Of a DNA stretch of 64,000 bases, positions 39,090-51,283 are shown piece by piece. Under the pieces are notes generated by a model, which made no database searches, was not told the DNA's origin, and saw only the letters and a list, made by a program, of their open reading frames with translations. How positions within the stretch are numbered: the first letter of the stretch is position 1; each line of letters begins with the position of its first letter. The translations under genes were made by a program, and so were the position numbers. Source of the stretch: a bacterium (GTDB lineage Bacteria; SAR324; XYD2-FULL-50-16); assembly GCA_032250835.1 (NCBI GenBank), contig JAVVEA010000001.1:480001-544000 (forward strand), read 5' to 3'.

Positions 39090-40488
39090 GGCTTCTAAGT
39101 TGTTGACCGGGCCGGGCCCGGAAATTCGGTTTGACCGTGGTAGCTTAAGTCTTAACGCGCCTAAAGACGATGTTTGGGCGGCTGAGTTGCCTTACTTAAC
39201 CTGGGACGCACGCGCCGGGCTTTACCGCTGCCACGCCCAAGACTACCGTGAACTGGTCCGGTGGTTTTTTAAGGCCCAACAGCCATACCAGGATCATGCC
39301 GCAGACTATAACAAGCTTGCCCTAAAACTGCAAAGCCCCCACCAGCCCCATGATTTCCAGCTAGAGGCCAAGGCCAAATGGGAACAGGCCAAACGAGGCG
39401 TTTGCGTCTTGCCCACCGGTTCGGGCAAAAGCTTTTTGGCCCAGATCATTATGGAGCAACTCGGGCGCAGCAGCTTGATTTTGGCGCCGACCATCGACCT
39501 GATCCTGCAATGGCAAAAAAACCTTTCTGAAGCCTTCGGGATTGAGGTGGGGCTATTGGGCGGCGGGACCTTTGAGGTCAAGGACATCACCGTCAGCACC
39601 TATGACTCGGCCCGCATCCACGCCGAACGTTTAGGGAGTCGCTTCTGCCTGTTGGTTTTTGATGAGTGCCACCACCTCCCCGCGCCGGGAATGGCCGAGA
39701 TGGCCCGGGCCTTCATCGCTCCCTACCGATTGGGCCTAACCGCCACCCCGGTCACCGAACCCGAACGGATCAGCTTAAGCAACGAATTGACCGGGCCGGT
39801 AGTTTACCAGCAACAAATCGACCAGCTTTCGGGCAGCCATCTGGCACCGTACCGAGTCGAGACCTTGGCGGTGGAGTTAAAAGACGACGAACGCGAAGCC
39901 TACGAACACTTCCGCTCCATTTACCTCCAGTTCCGCGAAGGCTTTAACCTGCTCTTTCGCGGCAACACCAACTGGAGCCAGTTTGTGATGCATGCCTACC
40001 GCAGCCCCGAAGGACGCGAAGCGTTAAAAGCCTTCCGCACCCAAAAGGACATTGCCGTTGCCGCCCAAGGTAAATTTGAAGAACTGGCGCGGCTCTTGAT
40101 CAAACACAAGGGTTCTCGTATCCTGATCTTCACCAACGACAACAAAACGGCCTACCGCATCAGCGGACTCTTTCTGTTGCCGTTGATCACCCACGAAACC
40201 AAGGCCAAGGAACGCAAAGAGGTGTTGGCCAAGTTTAAAACCGGTCAATGGCCGGTGCTGGTCAACTCAAGGGTGCTTAACGAAGGGGTGGACGTACCGG
40301 AAGCGGAGATTGCGGTGATCGTCTCGGGCACCGCCACAGTCCGCGAACATGTCCAACGCTTAGGCCGCATCCTGCGTAAACAGGAGGGCAAACAAGCGCT
40401 ACTTTACGAATTGATCACCATCGGCACCACAGAGGTCTATGCCAGCCGCAAACGCCGCGACCACCAAGCCTATGCCCGCTTTACCTGA
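39088..40488 (+). CDS. XPB/Rad25-like superfamily II helicase
   Basis: LPTGSGKS, DECHH, GLTATP, VLNEGVDVP, QRLGRILR, LYELI. Confidence 0.9.
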   Translation: MASKLLTGPGPEIRFDRGSLSLNAPKDDVWAAELPYLTWDARAGLYRCHAQDYRELVRWFFKAQQPYQDHAADYNKLALKLQSPHQPHDFQLEAKAKWEQAKRGVCVLPTGSGKSFLAQIIMEQLGRSSLILAPTIDLILQWQKNLSEAFGIEVGLLGGGTFEVKDITVSTYDSARIHAERLGSRFCLLVFDECHHLPAPGMAEMARAFIAPYRLGLTATPVTEPERISLSNELTGPVVYQQQIDQLSGSHLAPYRVETLAVELKDDEREAYEHFRSIYLQFREGFNLLFRGNTNWSQFVMHAYRSPEGREALKAFRTQKDIAVAAQGKFEELARLLIKHKGSRILIFTNDNKTAYRISGLFLLPLITHETKAKERKEVLAKFKTGQWPVLVNSRVLNEGVDVPEAEIAVIVSGTATVREHVQRLGRILRKQEGKQALLYELITIGTTEVYASRKRRDHQAYARFT

Positions 40489-41422
40489 AGCCTGGGGCGG
40501 CAAGCGTTATTATACGGTCGGCGAGCACTACAAACGGCGCTTTGGGCGCAAGGTGTTTAAAATCGCTTTGAGCGTTTCGCAAAGTTGCCCGAACCGCCAA
40601 AACGATGTCGGGGCCTGCGTCTTCTGCGACGAATGGGGCTCGGCGGGGATCTACGTGCGGCCTCAGCTAGACCTAAGCGCGCAGATGGAGCAGTACAAAG
40701 AGGGCATGAAGAAGCGCTTTAAAGCCCAAGCCTTTTTGGCCTATTTCCAGCCCTACACCAACACCTTCGCCCGCACCAAGGAGCTAGAAGCCCAAATCCG
40801 CTTAGCTCTGGCGGACCCGGAGGTTTTAGGGGTGATCTTGGGCACTAGGCCTGACTGCTTAAACCAAAGCCTCTTTGATTTGCTGCGGGACTTACAAAAA
40901 GAAACCTACGTGAGTGTTGAATTGGGGGTCCAGAGCTTTGATGACGCCGCCCTGACCTTCTTAAACCGGGGCCATGACGCAGCCCAAGCGATCCGGGCCA
41001 TTGAGCGCTTAAAAACCGAAACCCAGGTAGAGGTGGGCGTGCATTTGATCTTAGGATTGCCGGAGGAAAAAGAAACTCAGGTGGTTGCGGCGGCCCAGCG
41101 GATCAACCAACTTCAGGTAGACGACGTGAAGCTGCACAACCTGCATGTGCTCAAAAACACGCCGCTAGAGGCCCTATACAACCAAGGCCAGTTTTTGCCC
41201 TTGGAATTAGAAGACTATGCCTCGTCGGCCGTCACCTTTTTAGAGCATCTTTCGCCCCAAGTTGCCTTGGGCCGGTTAGCCGCCAAGGCGACCCGCGCCG
41301 AAGAATTGATCGCCCCGGCTTGGACGGCCGAAAAGATGCGGCCCATTAGGGTGATCGAACAATTGCTCGAAAGCCGCCAGACCTTTCAAGGTCGGCTTTG
41401 CCCCGAGGCCCCATGGAATTAG
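40472..41422 (+). CDS. TIGR01212/YhcC-family radical SAM protein
   Basis: CPNR...GACVFC, YFQPYTNT, GTRPDC, NRGH, VKLHNLHVLKNT. Confidence 0.9.
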   Translation: MPALPEAWGGKRYYTVGEHYKRRFGRKVFKIALSVSQSCPNRQNDVGACVFCDEWGSAGIYVRPQLDLSAQMEQYKEGMKKRFKAQAFLAYFQPYTNTFARTKELEAQIRLALADPEVLGVILGTRPDCLNQSLFDLLRDLQKETYVSVELGVQSFDDAALTFLNRGHDAAQAIRAIERLKTETQVEVGVHLILGLPEEKETQVVAAAQRINQLQVDDVKLHNLHVLKNTPLEALYNQGQFLPLELEDYASSAVTFLEHLSPQVALGRLAAKATRAEELIAPAWTAEKMRPIRVIEQLLESRQTFQGRLCPEAPWN

Positions 41423-42378
41423 CTTATTGGCGTAACCTGCTTAAAGCCGGCTGGGACCTGCCCCGCGCTCTGGTGGTATTAAACCGGGCCTTGATCTTCG
41501 CTATGGCCCTGATGGGTGGCATCTTGGCGGCCAGCGCCCTAGAAAGCGTCTTGGACCAAGTTCCCAGCGCCCCCCAGCAAGTGGGGCCTCCACCGGGGCC
41601 AACCCGGATCGAAACCAAACCCTTCGACCAATTTGCCGCCACGCTAGACCAAAATATCTTTGGCGTCGAGCGCGGCAGTGCACCGAACAAAGAAACCGCC
41701 GACCCCGAACCCAGCGCCCCCCAAGGGAACTTGGCCCAATGGGTTGCCCGTTTAGAGTTAGCAGGCGTGTACGGCGCAAAGGTCCCCCGCTGCATAGTCA
41801 CCGACAAACAAACCAGCAACCAGGGGTTGTTTCGGGTCGGGGAAGCGCTGTTTGAGTCGGGTCCGGTCTTTAAAGAAATTGGCGGCACTTTAAAAGAGCC
41901 CAAAGTGTTGCTGGCCATGGGCGGGCAAGAGGCTTGGCTGGGCTTGGCCCAGAACCCAACCGCAGCCGCACCGACCCCGCTCCGTCAGCTACCGCCTTCA
42001 GCGGCCAAGGAGGCCCCGCCGGTGGCCACCGAAAGCGCCGACAACTACAGCAAAAATGGCAAAGATTATTTCATCACCAGTGCCGAGGTGGACTCACAGC
42101 TAAACAACCTACCTGCCTTGCTCAATCAGGCCCGGGTGATCCCACACTTTAAAGAGGGCAAACATGACGGCTACGTCATCAAAGCGATCGATAAGGGCAG
42201 CCTCTATGAGAAACTAGGTTTAAAAAACCACGACGTGATCCAAAGGATCAACGGAGAAACCATCGATAGCCCCGAAGAGGCCTTCAGCCTACTTAAAATG
42301 CTACGCAACGAGCGCCAAATCACCTTAAATATAGACCGCAAGGGCAGCGAAAAAACTTTGGTCTACCACATAAACTAA
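41413..42378 (+). CDS. gspC: Type II secretion protein C-like protein with PDZ domain
   Basis: N-terminal TM; NIFG and LELAG HR domain; LLNQARVIP...SLYEKLGLKNHDVIQRING PDZ. Confidence 0.8.
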   Translation: MELAYWRNLLKAGWDLPRALVVLNRALIFAMALMGGILAASALESVLDQVPSAPQQVGPPPGPTRIETKPFDQFAATLDQNIFGVERGSAPNKETADPEPSAPQGNLAQWVARLELAGVYGAKVPRCIVTDKQTSNQGLFRVGEALFESGPVFKEIGGTLKEPKVLLAMGGQEAWLGLAQNPTAAAPTPLRQLPPSAAKEAPPVATESADNYSKNGKDYFITSAEVDSQLNNLPALLNQARVIPHFKEGKHDGYVIKAIDKGSLYEKLGLKNHDVIQRINGETIDSPEEAFSLLKMLRNERQITLNIDRKGSEKTLVYHIN

Positions 42379-42463
42379 AGACGCGCGAAAATTGGTCCTG
42401 TACTATCGACTCAAAAAGAAATAAAAAGGACTTATTAGCGAACCCTGAGCGCCAAAAGCATCT

Positions 42464-42865
42464 ATGACCAAAGAACATCTCCCCGTCGGATCCGGCGAGC
42501 AGGACAAAAAAAACCAGCAGGCAGAGCAGTTCATCTTGGAGGTTTTCCACCAAGATTCGGTACAAGAGCGCCTAAGGGCTCAGTTGCAGAAAGTGGTCAA
42601 GACCGAGTTAAACAAAATGAGCGATCTGTTGCGTGAAGCAATCCGCGACTGGGTCCAGAAGGAAAAATCCAAGCACAACCCCGAAGAAGAACACCAGAAG
42701 ATGGTGTTGCTAGAAGAAAAGCTAGAAAACTTCGAGGCCAACTCTAAGCAACTAGAAGAAGAGAACGCCCGCATCAAGCGCCAAGTGGAGCTAAAAGAGC
42801 ATGAAAATAAAATCATGCTCAAGGGCATCAAGAAATTCATGAACCAAAACCGCGCCAAACAGTGA
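42464..42865 (+). CDS. Hypothetical coiled-coil protein
   Basis: Highly charged heptad pattern; genome-like codon usage. Confidence 0.65.
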   Translation: MTKEHLPVGSGEQDKKNQQAEQFILEVFHQDSVQERLRAQLQKVVKTELNKMSDLLREAIRDWVQKEKSKHNPEEEHQKMVLLEEKLENFEANSKQLEEENARIKRQVELKEHENKIMLKGIKKFMNQNRAKQ

Positions 42866-43242
42866 AACAGTTGGTCAAGGCGGCGACGTTGCTGATCATC
42901 TTATCGGGGCTTCTGCTAACCCCTTGGCTCTTGGGTTCCCAAGAAATTGCCGTCTGGGTCCATCTCTTGCTTGGCTTTGGGTATACGGTCTTGTTTCTGC
43001 TCTTTGGCTTCGACCATATCTCATCGCATCTAGCAGAACTCCAAAAGAAGACCACAAAAAACCTGACCGGCATCACCCAGAGCGTCAGCGGCGGCCTCAC
43101 CCTGATCAGCGGATTTGTGCTCTACCTATACGGTTCTGAGCCCATGACCCCTTGGACAGAAGTGCATTTGGGCTCGACCTTGATCTTCTTCGTGGCGGTG
43201 GTGGTCCATTTCTTCCAGAAAAAGGCTCAGGAAACGGCATGA
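42862..43242 (+). CDS. Small 4-TM protein with intramembrane His residues (DUF4405/cytochrome b-like)
   Basis: WVHLLLG, DHISSH, EVHLGS, VVHF. Confidence 0.55.
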   Translation: MKQLVKAATLLIILSGLLLTPWLLGSQEIAVWVHLLLGFGYTVLFLLFGFDHISSHLAELQKKTTKNLTGITQSVSGGLTLISGFVLYLYGSEPMTPWTEVHLGSTLIFFVAVVVHFFQKKAQETA

Positions 43243-43513
43243 GTACCTTAGATACAATCCAAGCCAGTTGGTTTTTATGGCTCAGTTCGGTGGGGGTGTT
43301 GGTTTTATTGCTGCGCTTTCTGGGCAAAAACCGCCGTACTGAGGTACAGCCGGGCATGGCCACCAAGTCAGATCAGTTTTCGATGCGGACCGTATTTTTA
43401 AGCTTCCGTAGCGGTGAAGCGGGCCTCTTTTTTACGGTGCTCGCTATTTTGGCCAATTGCTTTCTCTTCGCGCTAGCGATTTCCCATGAAATCTACCAAC
43501 TAGTCCAGACCGG

Positions 43514-43517
<4 letters not shown>
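43239..43517 (+). CDS. Small 2-TM hypothetical protein
   Basis: ATGA overlap with the previous gene; two hydrophobic segments. Confidence 0.55.
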
Positions 43518-46190
<2,673 letters not shown>

Positions 46191-46294
46191 TTACAACCTG
46201 GGGCTGATCCGATCTAATTGACGTTCCGGGCCTAGCGAACGTTCCGTATGTTAATATCCCAGTATAGAGGCCCCATTCGTTCTCGTCAAACGCC

Positions 46295-49200
46295 ATGAAC
46301 GGCACCGCCCCATTGTTTTTAAAATTATCCCAAGCCTTAGGCGGCCTCGACCGACTACGCTCGGCAGGAATCCCCCTGGGCGGGGTTCAAGGCGGCGCTC
46401 GGGCCCTTTTGGCGGCCCAGATTTGCTTGACTCAAAACCGCGAAGTCCTGCTGCTGGCCTCTACCTATGACGAAGCCCGCGCGCTGGCCGAAGACCTGCT
46501 CTTTTATCTAGACCCGGCTCAGGTCCGATTCTTCCCGCACTACGACACCGCTGCATACGACAGCCAGTCTCCCGACAAAGAAGTGGTCGCCCAGCGCCTG
46601 AGTGCGCTGGCCGCTTTACAATCGAAGGTTGTGGGGGTCACGGTGAGCACCGTCCAGGCGGCGGCCCAGGCGATCTTACCGGCCCAGGTCTTAAAAGAAA
46701 GCTTTTTAAGCTTACAACAAGGCGACCTTGCCGAGCCTAGCGAGCTGGCCCAGAAGCTGGTTAAATTGGGCTACCAAAGGGTTGAGCAGGTCGAAGACCG
46801 CGGCGAGTTCGCCCAGCGCGGCGAGATTTTGGACCTCTTCGCTATCCACAGCGACAACCCGGTCCGCATCGACTTCTTTGATATCGAAATCGAGTCGATC
46901 AAGAGCTTTGACCCGGTCAGTCAGTTAAGCATCGAGGCCCTAGAGAGCATCACACTGCTACCGGCCCAAGAGGTGATCTTTGAAGCCGGGGGAATCGAGC
47001 GGGCCCTTTCGGAGCTAAAGAACTACCGAGAAGGCACCGACCCCCACGAATACGCCCAAATCTCTGACGCCATCGAGGCTAGCCAAGTCTTTTCGGGCAT
47101 CGAAAACCTCTTGCCGCTTTTTTACGAAACCAGCCCGCGCCTTTTTGAGCACCTCCCGCCAGATACCCAGGTGGTCTTGTGCGAGCCTGCCCATTTGGCG
47201 ACTCGCTACGAGGAAGTCTTTGGTGAGCTGCGCCGAGAATATGAATATTCCAAACGAGAGGGCCTACCGACCCTAGAGCCCGACCGGCTCTATTGGAGCC
47301 CCGCTCGTTGGAACGAAGAGTTGGACCGGCGCAAGCCCTTAGGCCTAGAGGCCATGGAGACCGAACAGTCCGGTGCCCAAAGCTTTTCTAGCCTCACCAA
47401 CCAAGGCTTGGCCGCCTTAGGCACCGAGCCCGGTGCGGCCCAACAAACCCCAACGCGCCGTATCTTGGGCCTGTTGGCCCACTGGCACCAAGCTGGGGCC
47501 CGCATTCTGGTGGCTACCGAAACGGGCAGCCACGCCCAACAGCTCAAAGAACTATTGGCCGAACTGGACCTGAGCGTTGAGGTCTGCGCCGATTGGGACC
47601 GCAACCGCCGCACGGACTTCCTCTTAGGCCAAAGTCCCGACGCCCAAGCCTTTGTGATCCTGCCCCAGCGGCTCAACCAAGGATTCCGGCTCGCCGACGA
47701 GCAAGGCCAGATCAGGTTGGTGTTGGTCACCGATGAGGAAATCTTCGGGCCCAAGGCCAAGAAGCGCCGGGTGCGCCAAGGCAAGGCCAAAGACCTCTTC
47801 TCGACCCTAGAAGACCTCAAGGTCGGCGACTATGTGGTGCACGTAGAGTATGGCATCGGCCAGTACCGGGGTTTGACCAGCATCGACACGGGCAGCCGGA
47901 CCGAAGACTTCTTGTTGCTCACCTATTCGGGCGGCGACAAGGTTTATGTCCCGGTGGACAAACTAAATCTGGTCCAAAAATTCACCGGCAGCGAAGGTTC
48001 GGCGGCACCGCGCCTGAACAAACTGGGCGATAAGTCCTGGGCGAAGACCAAAGCCAAGGTCAAAGCCGAGGTGGACGACATGGCCGAAGAGCTGATTGCT
48101 CTTTATGCGCGCCGCGCCGCCCAACGCGGCATTAGCTTCAGTCCCGACGCCAACTTAGCCCACGAATTTGCCCTTTCCTTCCCCTATGAGGAAACGCCCG
48201 ACCAATTGCGGGCCATTGAAGAGGTGGCCGCCGACATGGAAAAGGAAACCCCCATGGACCGGCTGGTCTGCGGGGATGTGGGCTTTGGCAAAACCGAAGT
48301 GGCGATCCGCGCCTGCTTTAAAGCGGTGGTGGACGGTTATCAGGTGGGCGTGCTGGTACCCACCACCATCTTGGCCCAGCAACATTTTGAAAGCTTTGTG
48401 GAGCGCTTCAAGAACTTCCCGGTCCGTATCGGTTTGGTCAGTCGTTTCCAAAAGCCCAAAGAGATCAAAGAAACCTTATTACAGCTCAAGGAAGGCAAGT
48501 TGGACATCCTGGTGGGTACCCACCGGTTGCTTTCTAAAGACGTGGTCTTTAAAAACCTGGGGCTTTTGGTGGTTGATGAAGAACAGCGCTTTGGGGTGCG
48601 GCACAAAGAGCAGATCAAGCAGCTGCGCGCCAGCGTGGACAGCCTAGCCCTTTCGGCCACGCCCATCCCGCGCACCCTGCATATGTCCTTGATGGGCATC
48701 CGCGACATCACCGTGATCAGCACCGCGCCGATGGACCGCCGCGCCATCCGCACCCGCTTGCTCAAATTCTCGGACTTTGTGATCCAAGAGGCGGTCGAGC
48801 GTGAGCTGCGCCGCCAAGGGCAAATCTTTTTTATCCACAACCGGGTGGAGTCCATTTACGAGGTGGGTAGCTACCTGACCCAACTGATGCCTAAGGTCAA
48901 AATCGGCATCGCCCACGGGCAAATGGGCGAGACGGACCTAGAAGACATGATGCACGCCTTCACCAACAAGGAATATGACATCCTTCTGGCCACCGCCATC
49001 GTCGAGTCGGGCTTAGACATCCCCAACGCCAACACCATCATCGTCAACAACGCCGATCAGTTTGGCCTAAGCCAGCTATACCAGCTACGCGGGCGGGTGG
49101 GGCGGTCCAAGGCCCAGGCCTATGCTTACTTCCTAACCCCTAGAGACAAGCTGCTTTCGGAGATTGCCAAAAAGCGGCTGTCCATCCTACAGGAGCTGAA

Positions 49201-49831
49201 CCACCTGGGCGCGGGCTTTAAGGTGGCTACCTACGACTTAGAACTGCGCGGTGCGGGCAACCTGTTGGGCTCGAAGCAGTCAGGCCACATCCAGGCAGTG
49301 GGCTTTGAGCTGTATACCCAGATGATCGAAGAGGCCATCTCTAAGCTGAAGAATGAGGATAAACCCCGCCAGGATGCGGAAGTACGGCTGGAATTAGGCC
49401 TCGCCGCCAACTTGCCAGAAAGCTATATTCCAAGTATGAATCAGAGGCTTGAGGCCTATAAGGAAATCAGCCTCACGGCCAATGAAGAAGCGCTTTGGGA
49501 ACTGCGCGCTGGGTTAGAGGACCGTTTTGGACCCCTGCCCGATTCGGCGGCCCAGCTCTTTTTGTCGATGCAAATCCGCCTGATTGCCCGGCAGATGGAT
49601 TTAGAACAGGTCACTTGGCGTTCTGGGCGGTTGGATTTGGGCTTTGGTCCCCGCTTCAATCCGGACCCTATCGGGCTGATGCAGTTGATCCAAACCTCGC
49701 CGCAGCCGCTTAAACTATTACCCGACAGCCGACTTCAGGCGCAGGTCGAGGGTGGTGTCGAAGGGTTGTTGTTATTTTTGAAAAACCTCAAGCCTCGCTT
49801 GGAGGAGATCTCTCTTGATGACCCAGCTTAA
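46295..49831 (+). CDS. mfd: Transcription-repair coupling factor
   Basis: UvrB-like N-terminus, CarD/TRCF domain, GDVGFGKT, DEEQRFG, QLRGRVGRS. Confidence 0.97.
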   Translation: MNGTAPLFLKLSQALGGLDRLRSAGIPLGGVQGGARALLAAQICLTQNREVLLLASTYDEARALAEDLLFYLDPAQVRFFPHYDTAAYDSQSPDKEVVAQRLSALAALQSKVVGVTVSTVQAAAQAILPAQVLKESFLSLQQGDLAEPSELAQKLVKLGYQRVEQVEDRGEFAQRGEILDLFAIHSDNPVRIDFFDIEIESIKSFDPVSQLSIEALESITLLPAQEVIFEAGGIERALSELKNYREGTDPHEYAQISDAIEASQVFSGIENLLPLFYETSPRLFEHLPPDTQVVLCEPAHLATRYEEVFGELRREYEYSKREGLPTLEPDRLYWSPARWNEELDRRKPLGLEAMETEQSGAQSFSSLTNQGLAALGTEPGAAQQTPTRRILGLLAHWHQAGARILVATETGSHAQQLKELLAELDLSVEVCADWDRNRRTDFLLGQSPDAQAFVILPQRLNQGFRLADEQGQIRLVLVTDEEIFGPKAKKRRVRQGKAKDLFSTLEDLKVGDYVVHVEYGIGQYRGLTSIDTGSRTEDFLLLTYSGGDKVYVPVDKLNLVQKFTGSEGSAAPRLNKLGDKSWAKTKAKVKAEVDDMAEELIALYARRAAQRGISFSPDANLAHEFALSFPYEETPDQLRAIEEVAADMEKETPMDRLVCGDVGFGKTEVAIRACFKAVVDGYQVGVLVPTTILAQQHFESFVERFKNFPVRIGLVSRFQKPKEIKETLLQLKEGKLDILVGTHRLLSKDVVFKNLGLLVVDEEQRFGVRHKEQIKQLRASVDSLALSATPIPRTLHMSLMGIRDITVISTAPMDRRAIRTRLLKFSDFVIQEAVERELRRQGQIFFIHNRVESIYEVGSYLTQLMPKVKIGIAHGQMGETDLEDMMHAFTNKEYDILLATAIVESGLDIPNANTIIVNNADQFGLSQLYQLRGRVGRSKAQAYAYFLTPRDKLLSEIAKKRLSILQELNHLGAGFKVATYDLELRGAGNLLGSKQSGHIQAVGFELYTQMIEEAISKLKNEDKPRQDAEVRLELGLAANLPESYIPSMNQRLEAYKEISLTANEEALWELRAGLEDRFGPLPDSAAQLFLSMQIRLIARQMDLEQVTWRSGRLDLGFGPRFNPDPIGLMQLIQTSPQPLKLLPDSRLQAQVEGGVEGLLLFLKNLKPRLEEISLDDPA

Positions 49832-50789
49832 GTTTCTCTGGCTGACCCTTGCGGCCCTGCTCTTGCTGTCTGCTTGCGAAACCGAAGAAAAGACTCGGGT
49901 GGCCCTGATCCCCGAGGACGAGACCATTGCGGTAGTCAACAACGAGAAAATCCACCTCTCTAAGTTCCAGGCCCGCTTCCAGGCCTACCTGAAGCGTTAC
50001 AAACACTTGATCCCCGCCGGTGAAGAAAACAAATTGGTGATCAAACGGATCGTGATCGACCAGTTGATTAACGAAGAGTTGATGGCCCAGGAAGCGACCC
50101 GAAAGGGCATCCAGGTCAGTAAAGAAGAGCTAGAAACGGCCGCCGAAGAAGCCCTTTCGCCCTACCCCAACGCCAACTTCGACCGCGATCTGGCCAGCGC
50201 CAACCTGACCAAAAAGGAATGGAAAGAGCGCCTTCAGCTCCAGATTTTGCTGAATAAATTAGTGGAGCAGGAGGTCATCAAGCGCATCCCGGTCACTAAG
50301 CGAGAGATCAACGCCTATTACAAAAAACACCGGCGCGAACTGGTCTGGCCCAAGGCGGTGCGAGCACGCAACCTGACCCTGGCAACCCAGGCCGAGGCCG
50401 AGGCGCTCTTGAGCCTGCTGGGTCGGGGCGGGGACATCAAAGATTTGATCCGCCGCCACTCGATCAGCCCGGACCGGGTCAACGACGGTGACTTGGGTTT
50501 TGTGGAGCGCGGCGAAATGCCCCCGGAAATCGAGGCGGCCATTTTTGGCCTGAATTATAAAAACCGCCTCAGCGGGATCGTGCATTCCCAAGACGGATAC
50601 CACATCTTTTATTGGCTTAAGTCGCGCAATAGCCAGCGGATGGACGTAGACGAAGCCAAGGAAGAGATCAAAAACATCTTGGTCGCCGAACGCCAGGGGG
50701 AAGCCTATGAATCCTGGCTCAAGCGGCTCAAAGAGGGGGCTACCATCAGTGTGGATGAAAGAATGCTGCAAACCGAGGAGGGGTTCTAA
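49815..50789 (+). CDS. SurA/PrsA-like peptidyl-prolyl isomerase lipoprotein
   Basis: Lipobox LSAC; SurA N-domain; GDLGF and GYHI parvulin motifs. Confidence 0.85.
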   Translation: MMTQLKFLWLTLAALLLLSACETEEKTRVALIPEDETIAVVNNEKIHLSKFQARFQAYLKRYKHLIPAGEENKLVIKRIVIDQLINEELMAQEATRKGIQVSKEELETAAEEALSPYPNANFDRDLASANLTKKEWKERLQLQILLNKLVEQEVIKRIPVTKREINAYYKKHRRELVWPKAVRARNLTLATQAEAEALLSLLGRGGDIKDLIRRHSISPDRVNDGDLGFVERGEMPPEIEAAIFGLNYKNRLSGIVHSQDGYHIFYWLKSRNSQRMDVDEAKEEIKNILVAERQGEAYESWLKRLKEGATISVDERMLQTEEGF

Positions 50790-51283
50790 TGAACCTAATC
50801 TTCCTAGGCTTTATGGGAGCGGGGAAGACGGCTATTGGTAAGCGGTTGGCGTTGCGGCTGGGTTACCAATTTCTGGATACCGACGCCTGGGTTGAGGCCA
50901 AGGAAAAGCGAACCATCAAGGAAATCTTTGCCACCGATGGGGAAGCTTATTTTCGGCGCTTAGAAACCGAATGTTTGGGCCGCCTCAAGGCGGTGACCAA
51001 TCACGTAGTGGCCACCGGCGGCGGGATCTTGTCGACGCCCGGCAACCTTGAGTTGATCAAGTCCTTGGGGACCAGCATCTTCATTGACGCCGATTTCCAG
51101 AATATTTTAGAACGGGTGCAACGCAACGACAAACGCCCGCTGGCCCAAGGCGAAGGGGCCGAGGAACGACTCGCCAAGCTTTACGCAGAACGCCGGCCCC
51201 TGTACGAACAGGCCGACTTGATCTTTAAGCCCCAAGGGACCCAGTTCCCCGCGATTATCAACCAATTGATCCGAATGCTCTGA
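50789..51283 (+). CDS. aroK: Shikimate kinase
   Basis: GFMGAGKT, DTD, FRRLE, ATGGG, RPL. Confidence 0.95.
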   Translation: MNLIFLGFMGAGKTAIGKRLALRLGYQFLDTDAWVEAKEKRTIKEIFATDGEAYFRRLETECLGRLKAVTNHVVATGGGILSTPGNLELIKSLGTSIFIDADFQNILERVQRNDKRPLAQGEGAEERLAKLYAERRPLYEQADLIFKPQGTQFPAIINQLIRML

